NCBI GenBank assembly: GCA_039810525.1
Contig: JBDHXE010000002.1
Coordinates: forward strand, 1 to 47,612
DNA: 47,612 nucleotides
Reading direction: 5' to 3'
Source: Chlorobiota bacterium
GTDB lineage: Bacteria; Bacteroidota; Ignavibacteria; Kapaibacteriales; UBA2268
Below are positions 9,761 to 18,727 of this stretch, one piece after another. The translations under genes were made by a program, and so were the position numbers. Numbering within the stretch: position 1 is the stretch's first letter; each line of letters begins with the position of its first letter. The notes beneath the pieces are model-generated. The model was not told the DNA's origin. It made no database searches and worked only from the letters and a program-made list of their open reading frames with translations.

Positions 9761-10328
9761 TTACCATTGGTAACCAATATCAAATCTAAATGTAGGCATT
9801 ACACCTGAATTTCTATTGAACTTGGCAACTACGGAATTGATAGCGCTTGAATTAAAATAATAATCAAAACCAAAAGCAAGCCCAATAGCAAAATCACTTG
9901 ATTCGAACCATTGCCAACCTATCAAAAGGCCAAAAGTACGTATAGTAACATTAGTAGCTATTGGTTCAACTTTATTATCAGGTATATCTACATTCGAATA
10001 CATTAAATTGGGAGCTATATAGAAACCTTCTAGGTATTTTTCCTTTAGGTGAAATCCTATATTCAAAATTAAATCCAAAGCCGCTCGTAGGATCAATATG
10101 GTAGTATTGTATTCCCAAACCAACTGAACTATTCGAAGATAAGCTTCTATAATACATAATATTTGCTGCATATAGATATAGTTTCAACGGATTTATAGTA
10201 ATTAAATTCTTTGCTATGCTTTGTACATCATTTGAATCTAATTTAGATTCATTAGTTTGGGAAAGCATTGGGAAATTCCCTAGCATTAAGCTAAGTATAA
10301 ATATTAAAGAAACATAAAAATACTTCAT
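9761..10328 (-). pseudogene. Frameshifted outer membrane beta-barrel protein (DUF3575-like)
   Basis: ORF 9978-10343 (signal peptide, NLITINPL, FEYR) and ORF 9761-10171 (EGFYIAP, GLLIGWQW, RFDIGYQW) fuse if one A is removed from an A5 run (T5 at 10037-10041). Confidence 0.75.
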
Positions 10329-10503
10329 AAACACGCACTCCATAACAATTTAATTTAATATTATATCTTACTATAAAAATATAAAAATATTTTTTTTTAA
10401 AAAAATGTATATTTAATAAAATGAAAATAAAATACAATATAATTATGTTTTTTTATTAAAATTTGTGTAGGTTTAAAGAAACGATGTGTAAATATATTGA
10501 CAG

Positions 10504-11220
10504 TTAGAATGAAAATACAATTTTAAAAATATTTGCCCAATTAGTTAGCATTACCAATCTAATTCCTATCCAACTACCGAAACCAATAAATGTAAGTCCA
10601 GCAAATTGTCTGATTTTATTAATTGATGCTTCGGAGAGCCTATGCTTATTCTTATATACAATTAAGCCGAGTAAGTATAACCACAAAAAATTGCCTAAGC
10701 CAAAGCCAAATGAAAATGTAAAGAAATGTAAAGCAGTAGCTTCAAAAAAGTTAAATTTCTGTACCCAAGCGCTCATTACCGCTAATGAAGGTAAAAAAGT
10801 AGGATTAGCTATATTAGTCAAAGAGAGAGCTATACCAAGTAAGAATGGACCTTTTGTTTTGAGATTTTTAAGATAATCCGGAGGCTCTATTGCAGTATTA
10901 TCGACTGGCTCACTTTGCTTATTACATTTAAATTGTTTAAAACCATACAAAATTAAACCAGAAACTATTATTATTTGAAAAATTGCCGATATAATAGGGT
11001 AAGTAGTGAAGAAGTTGGTCAAAGTGGACTGAACTGCCGATGCGGCAAATATTGCTATAAGGCAGTAGATCATATCTAACATTGCTGTGCCAAACGACAT
11101 TTGGAATGTAGCTTTGCGTCCACTATCCAACCCCAACCTAATGCTTGTCATCGCAATAGGACCCGGCGGCATAGCTAATACGAAGCCTATAATAATACCA
11201 ATAATTAACGCAGTTAACAT
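10504..11220 (-). CDS. LysE/RhtB family translocator
   Basis: GFVLAMPPGPI N-terminal motif, LSLTNIANP, six-TM pattern. Confidence 0.88.
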   Translation of the reverse strand: MLTALIIGIIIGFVLAMPPGPIAMTSIRLGLDSGRKATFQMSFGTAMLDMIYCLIAIFAASAVQSTLTNFFTTYPIISAIFQIIIVSGLILYGFKQFKCNKQSEPVDNTAIEPPDYLKNLKTKGPFLLGIALSLTNIANPTFLPSLAVMSAWVQKFNFFEATALHFFTFSFGFGLGNFLWLYLLGLIVYKNKHRLSEASINKIRQFAGLTFIGFGSWIGIRLVMLTNWANIFKIVFSF

Positions 11221-11454
11221 CTAATTTCTATACTTATTACCTTATATTGACGAACAAAAATTTAAAACTGTGAAGATTATCTGACACAAAATAAAACATT
11301 TTTTGCAAATAATAAAGAAAAAAATGTTTTATTATTTTATATTACTTATCTATAAATTTTCTAATTTCCTATATAGACATAGGTTTATAGTATGTGATAC
11401 TTTATTTTTCAATATAGATTACTAAAACATATTTTGTTAAATCATTTATAGTTT

Positions 11455-11495
11455 AAAAAAAATCACCTCCAAAATTTAAGAGTCTTGGAGGTGAT
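11455..11495 (-). terminator. Rho-independent terminator of the T9SS cargo gene
   Basis: ATCACCTCCAA (11462-11472) / TTGGAGGTGAT (11485-11495) 11-bp stem, followed on the minus strand by a T-run, about 30 nt after the stop. Confidence 0.8.
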
Positions 11496-11523
11496 GATTA
11501 AACTCAAAATAAAATGATTAAGT

Positions 11524-14500
11524 TTACTTAATCTTGACTAATTTGCAAGTATATTTAGTATTACCACTATTTAATTCTATAAAGTAAACTCCGTTTTGTA
11601 GTTTACTTATGTTAGAATTGTAAAGATGTGTACCTGCAATTAGATTAATATTGTTTGCAAGGTCTTGTACTACTTTTCCACTCAAATCTCTGATTATTAG
11701 AGTAGAATTATACATATCTATTGGTGAATTGATTGTAATAGTAATATTATCATTAGCAGGATTCGGATGCACCGATATAGCATTAATTGGTGTATCGCCT
11801 TCATTATTTACTTTGGCAACAGGATTGCTAAGCTGAAGGGTGCCACTGCTGATAATATTATTTAATTCATCGTAAGTATTAAATTCTATCTCTGGATCTT
11901 TATCGTTTATTCCCGAAATTGTTAAGAATATTGGTACTACTTTGCTACCCTCGCTCACAGATTCTCCATTACCACCAAGAGCAATAATATATGAATTATC
12001 AGATTGTTTTAATGGGTAGATACGTACACCATTATCATCGGTAGCAGGTGGTCCTACGGCTATTATCTTTTGTTGATCAGATGTTTTTAACGTAATTGAG
12101 CTAATAGCATCTTTGTATGAGTTTTGATTATGTAAATAGATTGAGTATGTTCTAATCATACTTGGATGATTGTCTTTATCTACTCCTACTATATCACCAC
12201 CTACTCCCTTCACATAAGCAGTGTATTCTACTGGTTCGGAGAAGATAGGTTCGGTGATACCCTCCATAGTATATAAAAATCTAACATATACATTGAATTT
12301 GTGTAAATTGTTAGGATTGTCAAATACAATATCAAAATCAGAAATATTTCCCGGATTGATGCTGGAAGATATAAATGCAGTATTGCCTTCTACTGTACCG
12401 TTAGAACCATCATTAGCAGTTAATTTAGATAGCTTTACTTCACTACTTGTAAATTCTAATCCATGAATAACGACGTCATTATCAGGATCTTCAGGACTAA
12501 TTACCCAGAATTTACCATTGTTGAAGTCGCTCATTACTAATGATGTACTTTCAGGAGTAGATTGTTGTAATTTATCTTTAACTCCGGGTACAGTAATGTG
12601 CCCAAATCCTATATTGGTATCCCAAGGTAAGAATTTAATTCTACGAACGATAGTATAAGTAATAGTAGTATCACAAGTAACGCAATTACAATCTGTAAAT
12701 GCATATCTAATTGAGAATATAAGGCTATCACCACATAAGAAACCACCACTATAAGGAGGAAATATCATATTTAGTGATAGATTAGCTCCTGAAGACCAGT
12801 CGACACATGAGTCTGCGCCCCATACTGCTTCGCGAGAGTAAGGATATATCAATTGTGGGCCACTTCCGGGTGCTACCATTAAAGTAGCACTATTAATATC
12901 ACCATATATTCTATTCCAAGTAGATGAACTAAATGAACAGTATTTTTTCAAACGAGCAGATACAATAGTAGCAGAAAATTTTTGAATAGGATTAGGACCT
13001 ACTGATAAGTTAGTCAATAACCCTACATATCCAGTAGCACTGTTCCAAGTTAATTTCGGTTCTCTAATTTTCTTGAAAAACTCTTTACAGCAGTCTTTTG
13101 TACCAGTAGAGCCACCATCACAAGGAGGTAAATCTAATTTAATGCTATCTCTACATACTACTCCATTACACTGCAATGTATAGTATATTGTAACTGGGTT
13201 AGTAGTATTGGTATGCAAGAATGCACCACTAATAGTCCAAGGAGAACTAGTAATAGAGTATGAAGAAGGTGAAAATGTGCCATCAGGTGAACTAAAAATT
13301 ATTATACTTGGAGTGCAGCTAACAGCATGCATAGTAAATGCATAATATACATTGCCCGTAGCAGGATCTTCGCCTTTGCACACTATATCATATTTTACCT
13401 TTTCAAAGCATTTAGATGGCTGGACCACACTATCAATTACTTGAATACAAGCAATTTGAGATTCCAATTCACCAGCAATTTGATAATTTAATATACTACT
13501 TTGAATTAAATGTTTAGTCCAACCACTTGCTGCAAATGTATTACAAGAATTTTCACCTTTTTTGGCATTTGTATCAATTTTAGCAACAAATTGATATTCT
13601 GCACCTGTAAGGCCAACTGCGGTAGAGCCAAAATATATAGCCATATTTTTATCACCAATAGTTAGCCCCGAGCTCCAAGTTCCGTTTGTACCACAACCAG
13701 TCGTAAATGGGCTACCAGGCGCACCAGTTGGCAATAGATTATTGATATTAGCTAATAATCCAGTAGTATTGTTGTAAGGGAATACAGGATTAGGAATAGG
13801 TGTTCCCAAAATCGATACATAACTTATATCAAATTGACTTCCTCTATTAAAACAAGGTGCTAAAATTTGTTGATCTGCTGGGCTAACGTCTCTTGGTAAT
13901 AAATCTACAAAAGTAATATGACTAAGCGCGGCTGTGCCACTCGAATTTAGCTTTAATTTGTAATTAATTAAAGAGCCCGCAGTAGCAGTAATGCTATTAG
14001 AATAATTAGCATCATTAAGCTTTTTGATACCTTTTTGTAAATTAAATCCTACTACACCAGATACTAATACCATTTCTACGTTAGAGGTTTCAGTAGCATT
14101 GCCCAAAGAGCCACCGCTTACAGTGAAGTAGTTAGGTATATTCCCTAATGCAGAAGTATCTTTTACTTTTACATCAAATTCGATATAGTAATATGGCACT
14201 CCACCTGTACCATACATCCCACAGTTACTATAGAATATATTCTGACAAACTGCTGGTATAGATGGAAGTGTAGCTGTAACAGTATTAGTTGAAGGATTAT
14301 TGGAAAGATTGACTCCACTCCACTGTTGAGCAGGAGTAGGATTAGGATTACAATTAGGTAAACTCCAAGTATTAGAAATATAGAACGATGGATTGCCTAC
14401 ATATTCTAAATTTGGATCTAAAACATCGGTCAAGGTAACGCCGCTAAGAGCTTGCCCGCCAATATTTTGTATTCTTAATCTATATCTAAATATTGAGCCC

Positions 14501-15861
14501 GGAGTATAAGATGTTTGCTCTTGGCAAATATCTTTCCATAAGCAGGCTTTCGGTGCAGGAGTTGCAATATTAAATGAATTGCAAGCACTTATATTAGGTT
14601 GTATAGAAGTAAGGTGTACGCAGTTTGTTATGCTAGTCCCTATTATTGCATTGCTTGGTATAGTAAAGTTTACATATACATAGCCACATTGACCTACTCC
14701 TAAGCTACCAGTTATATTAACTATATTGCCTGAAATAGTGGCCGATATTGTATTAGGCCATACTGTACCCAAGCTTACTGAAGTAAGAGTATTTGGTACT
14801 GTATCTACTGCGGTAACAGGTAAGCTCGTAGTTCCATTGTTGCAAATATAAATTAAATACTGTCCAGCGCAGCCGGGCTGACCATTGGTGTACACCCATT
14901 TGCTTATAGTGCCACTATTGTAAGTATTTTTGGTTACACAAGTAGATGCACTTGTAGTAAAATCCGAACAAGAGCCTTGCACCGGTCCTAATGAGCCACT
15001 AAGAACAGCAGTATTGCCTATATTAGTATTACTTGGGAATAATGATATTGGGTAGTAAATACTAATATTACAGCTTGATGAATTGTAAGATGGTAGTGCA
15101 CTCATATTGCCTACGCTCCATGTTACAATGTTTCCTGATTGGGTGGCTCCACATGTAGAGCTTACTAATACAGCACCAGCTGGCAATGTATCGGTTACAA
15201 TGCCATTTACTAAATTTAGCTGCCCGGTTGTACCTACATTCTTATAAACAGTTACTTGATATGTTACTGTATCGCTACCAGTAGCCCAATTGCAACTTCC
15301 GCTTATATTAGCTAAACCGACTGGATATTTGACTATATGCCATGGGTTAGATGCTGTTGCTTTAGTCAATACATAGCCTGTACAAAATTCATAATTTTTG
15401 TTTTGATAAGTAGCTACTATACAAGCATTATTTCTTACCATATTACCCGGGCATGTAACTCCATTTGGGAAAGCTACGGTAATCGTGAATGAACCCGAGC
15501 AGCCGCTTGGTACACTTGCCCATGATAAAGAGAATAAACCTCCTTGAGAATTGATAGCAGGCGCAGTTACAGTGGGAGTACCGCAAGCACTATTGACCGT
15601 ATTGCCTAAATACAAAAGTGCTGGTGGTAAATTATCAGATATTGAAACATTAGTAGCACCAGCAGGTATAGTATAATATATAGTATAACTGAAATTCTGC
15701 CCACTTTGCACTAAGGTATCGCTTACTACTTTCTTCAAAATGAAACCACCTTGCGAGACTTCCGAAACCCAACTCTGAGATTTCAACATAGAGAATGAAC
15801 TAATAGAAATCAGCAATAAAAGCAACAATTTACTTATTGACTTGAAATATATTTTTTTCAT
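11524..15861 (-). CDS. Large Cys-rich T9SS (type A CTD) secreted protein with five DUF11/isopeptide-like Ig domains
   Basis: Signal peptide from ATG 15861 (MKKIYF...LKS|Q). Five K...Y-x-I...D-x-LP...N repeats. C-terminal VHPNPANDNI...LSGK...LQNGVYFIEL...KLVKIK is a T9SS type A sorting domain. The ORF track starts at 15918. Confidence 0.85.
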   Translation of the reverse strand: MKKIYFKSISKLLLLLLISISSFSMLKSQSWVSEVSQGGFILKKVVSDTLVQSGQNFSYTIYYTIPAGATNVSISDNLPPALLYLGNTVNSACGTPTVTAPAINSQGGLFSLSWASVPSGCSGSFTITVAFPNGVTCPGNMVRNNACIVATYQNKNYEFCTGYVLTKATASNPWHIVKYPVGLANISGSCNWATGSDTVTYQVTVYKNVGTTGQLNLVNGIVTDTLPAGAVLVSSTCGATQSGNIVTWSVGNMSALPSYNSSSCNISIYYPISLFPSNTNIGNTAVLSGSLGPVQGSCSDFTTSASTCVTKNTYNSGTISKWVYTNGQPGCAGQYLIYICNNGTTSLPVTAVDTVPNTLTSVSLGTVWPNTISATISGNIVNITGSLGVGQCGYVYVNFTIPSNAIIGTSITNCVHLTSIQPNISACNSFNIATPAPKACLWKDICQEQTSYTPGSIFRYRLRIQNIGGQALSGVTLTDVLDPNLEYVGNPSFYISNTWSLPNCNPNPTPAQQWSGVNLSNNPSTNTVTATLPSIPAVCQNIFYSNCGMYGTGGVPYYYIEFDVKVKDTSALGNIPNYFTVSGGSLGNATETSNVEMVLVSGVVGFNLQKGIKKLNDANYSNSITATAGSLINYKLKLNSSGTAALSHITFVDLLPRDVSPADQQILAPCFNRGSQFDISYVSILGTPIPNPVFPYNNTTGLLANINNLLPTGAPGSPFTTGCGTNGTWSSGLTIGDKNMAIYFGSTAVGLTGAEYQFVAKIDTNAKKGENSCNTFAASGWTKHLIQSSILNYQIAGELESQIACIQVIDSVVQPSKCFEKVKYDIVCKGEDPATGNVYYAFTMHAVSCTPSIIIFSSPDGTFSPSSYSITSSPWTISGAFLHTNTTNPVTIYYTLQCNGVVCRDSIKLDLPPCDGGSTGTKDCCKEFFKKIREPKLTWNSATGYVGLLTNLSVGPNPIQKFSATIVSARLKKYCSFSSSTWNRIYGDINSATLMVAPGSGPQLIYPYSREAVWGADSCVDWSSGANLSLNMIFPPYSGGFLCGDSLIFSIRYAFTDCNCVTCDTTITYTIVRRIKFLPWDTNIGFGHITVPGVKDKLQQSTPESTSLVMSDFNNGKFWVISPEDPDNDVVIHGLEFTSSEVKLSKLTANDGSNGTVEGNTAFISSSINPGNISDFDIVFDNPNNLHKFNVYVRFLYTMEGITEPIFSEPVEYTAYVKGVGGDIVGVDKDNHPSMIRTYSIYLHNQNSYKDAISSITLKTSDQQKIIAVGPPATDDNGVRIYPLKQSDNSYIIALGGNGESVSEGSKVVPIFLTISGINDKDPEIEFNTYDELNNIISSGTLQLSNPVAKVNNEGDTPINAISVHPNPANDNITITINSPIDMYNSTLIIRDLSGKVVQDLANNINLIAGTHLYNSNISKLQNGVYFIELNSGNTKYTCKLVKIK

Positions 15862-15995
15862 TTTCAAACTCCAAATATTTTTAATGTGCAAATCTAAACA
15901 AACAAAAAGAAATAACAAAATTAATTATTATTAACAATTTTATTTTTTATATTAATTATATTATTTATTTCAAATTATTTTTTTTTAGAAGTATA

Positions 15996-17795
15996 TTATT
16001 TATACATTGATTCAATCAGATCATTATATTTATCTTCGATGAAATCTCGACGATAGCTCATTTTAGGGGTTAATTCACCAGTATCGGTAGTAAATGGTTT
16101 AGCAAGGATTTTAAATTTCCTTATTTTCTCAAATTTAGACAAATTTGTTTGATAAAATTCAATTTCATTTTTAAAAAAACTTATAATTTTAGCATTATTT
16201 ACTAACTCATCAGTCGAACCATTTTTGATTTGTAAATTATTAGCTAATGTATTAAGTAACTCAAAGTTTGGCACAATCAAAGCAGTAACATACTCTCTAT
16301 TATCGCCTATCAAAAAACAATGATCTATATATTTACAGAGGGTAATCGAGTTCTCTATAGGTTGAGGTGCAATGTTTTTACCTCCACTACTGACAAAAAT
16401 ATTTTTTTTCCTATCTGTAATTTTATAATTCCCTTTTTCGGTAATGATAGCTATATCGCCTGTATGTAGCCAACCATTTTGATCTAAGGCTTCATTTGTA
16501 GCCTTTATATTATTCCAATAGCCTTTCATTACATTAGGACCTTTTACTAATATCTCCCCATCATCGGCTAATCGAACTTCTACATTAACTAATGGCTTAC
16601 CAATAGTGCCATATTCAAAATCATCAAATCTATTAGCCGTTACCACTGGTGATGCTTCTGTAAGCCCATATCCTTGCGCTACTTCTAATCCAACAGCTCT
16701 ATAGAACATTTCTACTTTTGGCGATAGTGGCGCACCTCCACTAATTACTTTGGTTAACTTGCCGCCTAGTTTCATTCTAATTTTAGCGAAAACAAGTTTA
16801 TTAGCTATTTTATATAGTATATCATTTAAAAGAGAATTTTGTGAATTTTGTATTTTTAGTGCTTTTACATTACCTATTCTAATAGCCCATCCGAATATTA
16901 GCCTCTTCAATATTGATTCTTTAGAAATATTGATAAATATTTTCTTCTTGATTGTCTCCAAAAGCTTAGGCACAGCTGTTATTATTGTAGGGTTTACCTC
17001 TAATAATTGTGCGCTCATCGTATCTATCGAATCAGCTATGTTTATCAATGCACCGCTATAGAAAAGGGTATAGAATCCAGTGGTACGTTCATAAGCATGG
17101 CATAAAGGTAAAAACATTAGGGAAGATTCTTTACTAAAATCACCAAGAGAATTGATAGAAGACATCATATTAGCTATCAAATTATTATGAGTAAGCATTA
17201 CACCTTTGGGTATGCCTGTAGTACCGCTTGTATATATTATGGTAAGTAGATCATCTGGTAATATATTACTTATTATTTTATCTAAAATTTGTGTTTGTTG
17301 TTTCTTTGGAATACTATTTTTAGTTTGTTCTATCAGATGATTAATATTATACAAATATGTGGATTCAGTATTAATGTTGCCAGAAAAGCATATAATATGT
17401 TTTAAATTAGGCAAAGTATCCTTTATAGCATCTATTTTATTTAATTGATATTTATTGGATACAAAAACAGCTTTGGCTTGGCAATCATTAAAAATCTCCC
17501 ATTCTTGAAATGCAGTTAGAATAGGAAACAGGGGCACATCTATAGCTCCTATCATATTAATCGCAAAACAAGCGAGAATCCAATTTAACGAATTTTCGGC
17601 TACTATACCTATCCTATCATTTTTTTGCAAACCTAATTCTAATAATGATATCGCTAAGCATTCTACTTTATCTTGCAATTGACGATGACTAATACGTATA
17701 TATTCGCCATTACTTCTATAAGTAAAGGCAGTGTGACTATTAGAATATTTACTACAAATATCAATAAACAGCTCTGGTATATTATTATATATCAT
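15996..17795 (-). CDS. fadD: Long-chain fatty acid--CoA ligase (AMP-dependent synthetase)
   Basis: IIYTSGTTGIPKGVMLTH, QGYGLTE, GWLHTGD, ITDRKK, SSGGKNIAPQPIE and GELTPKM. ATG at 17795; the track uses TTG 17798. Confidence 0.9.
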   Translation of the reverse strand: MIYNNIPELFIDICSKYSNSHTAFTYRSNGEYIRISHRQLQDKVECLAISLLELGLQKNDRIGIVAENSLNWILACFAINMIGAIDVPLFPILTAFQEWEIFNDCQAKAVFVSNKYQLNKIDAIKDTLPNLKHIICFSGNINTESTYLYNINHLIEQTKNSIPKKQQTQILDKIISNILPDDLLTIIYTSGTTGIPKGVMLTHNNLIANMMSSINSLGDFSKESSLMFLPLCHAYERTTGFYTLFYSGALINIADSIDTMSAQLLEVNPTIITAVPKLLETIKKKIFINISKESILKRLIFGWAIRIGNVKALKIQNSQNSLLNDILYKIANKLVFAKIRMKLGGKLTKVISGGAPLSPKVEMFYRAVGLEVAQGYGLTEASPVVTANRFDDFEYGTIGKPLVNVEVRLADDGEILVKGPNVMKGYWNNIKATNEALDQNGWLHTGDIAIITEKGNYKITDRKKNIFVSSGGKNIAPQPIENSITLCKYIDHCFLIGDNREYVTALIVPNFELLNTLANNLQIKNGSTDELVNNAKIISFFKNEIEFYQTNLSKFEKIRKFKILAKPFTTDTGELTPKMSYRRDFIEDKYNDLIESMYK

Positions 17796-17860
17796 CAATA
17801 TCTATGCAAATTAAGTTTGGCAAAAATTCAATTTATTAAAATTTTATTGATTAATTATGG

Positions 17861-18580
17861 TCATTTTTCATCTTCTATATTAATAGTATAAAATAGTTGC
17901 ATATCATCGAGTATCAGAGCTACCAAATTCCCAAGTGTCTTTACTTTTTTGTGATAGACACATCCACCATCTAATTTAATTAGATTAGTATTTAGCGATT
18001 CTTTAATATCGTTAATATTAGTAGGAGTATGTCCAACTATTAATTTGCGCCCATCTATTTTCTCGGATATTATAGAATTGATTCTTTTGCTAAGCATAGC
18101 TTTTGTATCTACAAACGGATTGTCTTTATCAAAATTTAAACCTGCATGCACACATACAAAATTGCCTTCTATATAATAATACTTAGTATTCTGAAAAAAA
18201 TCAATATATTTATCTTCTAAGAAAAGAGGGTTGATTACCTCGAAGCTATTTAAAGTAGTTTCGCCACCATTTTTCATCCAAGTAACAATAGATTTAGGAT
18301 CGGTAAGCGAATCTAAAAGATATTGCTCATGATTGCCTCTAAGAGCTATAATATTATAATTCATATTGATCAAATCAACAATATAATCTATAGTCTGTCT
18401 AATATATGGACCGCGATCTATATAATCTCCCAATAGTATTATTTTGTCATTCTTGCTGATTTTGCATATATTCATCAATAGGTGATTTAAACTATTATAA
18501 CACCCATGAATATCGCCAACTACAATTGTTCTCAAATGAATAACCCCTATTTTACCAAAAAGTATCAAAATACTTGCCAT
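17861..18580 (-). CDS. Metallophosphoesterase (PPP/PphA-ApaH-like Ser/Thr phosphatase)
   Basis: GDIHG, GDYIDRG, RGNHE, VHAG, GHTP and LDGG motifs. True start may be TTG 18535. Confidence 0.9.
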   Translation of the reverse strand: MASILILFGKIGVIHLRTIVVGDIHGCYNSLNHLLMNICKISKNDKIILLGDYIDRGPYIRQTIDYIVDLINMNYNIIALRGNHEQYLLDSLTDPKSIVTWMKNGGETTLNSFEVINPLFLEDKYIDFFQNTKYYYIEGNFVCVHAGLNFDKDNPFVDTKAMLSKRINSIISEKIDGRKLIVGHTPTNINDIKESLNTNLIKLDGGCVYHKKVKTLGNLVALILDDMQLFYTINIEDEK

Positions 18581-18727
18581 AAATTACTAAAATTATTATT
18601 TTGAAATTTAATAGAAAAGTTATATTTTTAGTTACCAAAGATAAAATAATTATGAAGGACTAATATTATCAGAACAATCAATAGTATATTATTAATAATT
18701 ATTATTAATTTAATTAGTGCAGTAAGC

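Noticed and set aside
11524-15861. Horizontally acquired island suggested by visibly higher GC
   Set aside because: Explained by Gly/Pro/Ala/Cys/Thr-rich composition. Third positions remain A/T-rich and there are no flanking repeats or integrase.
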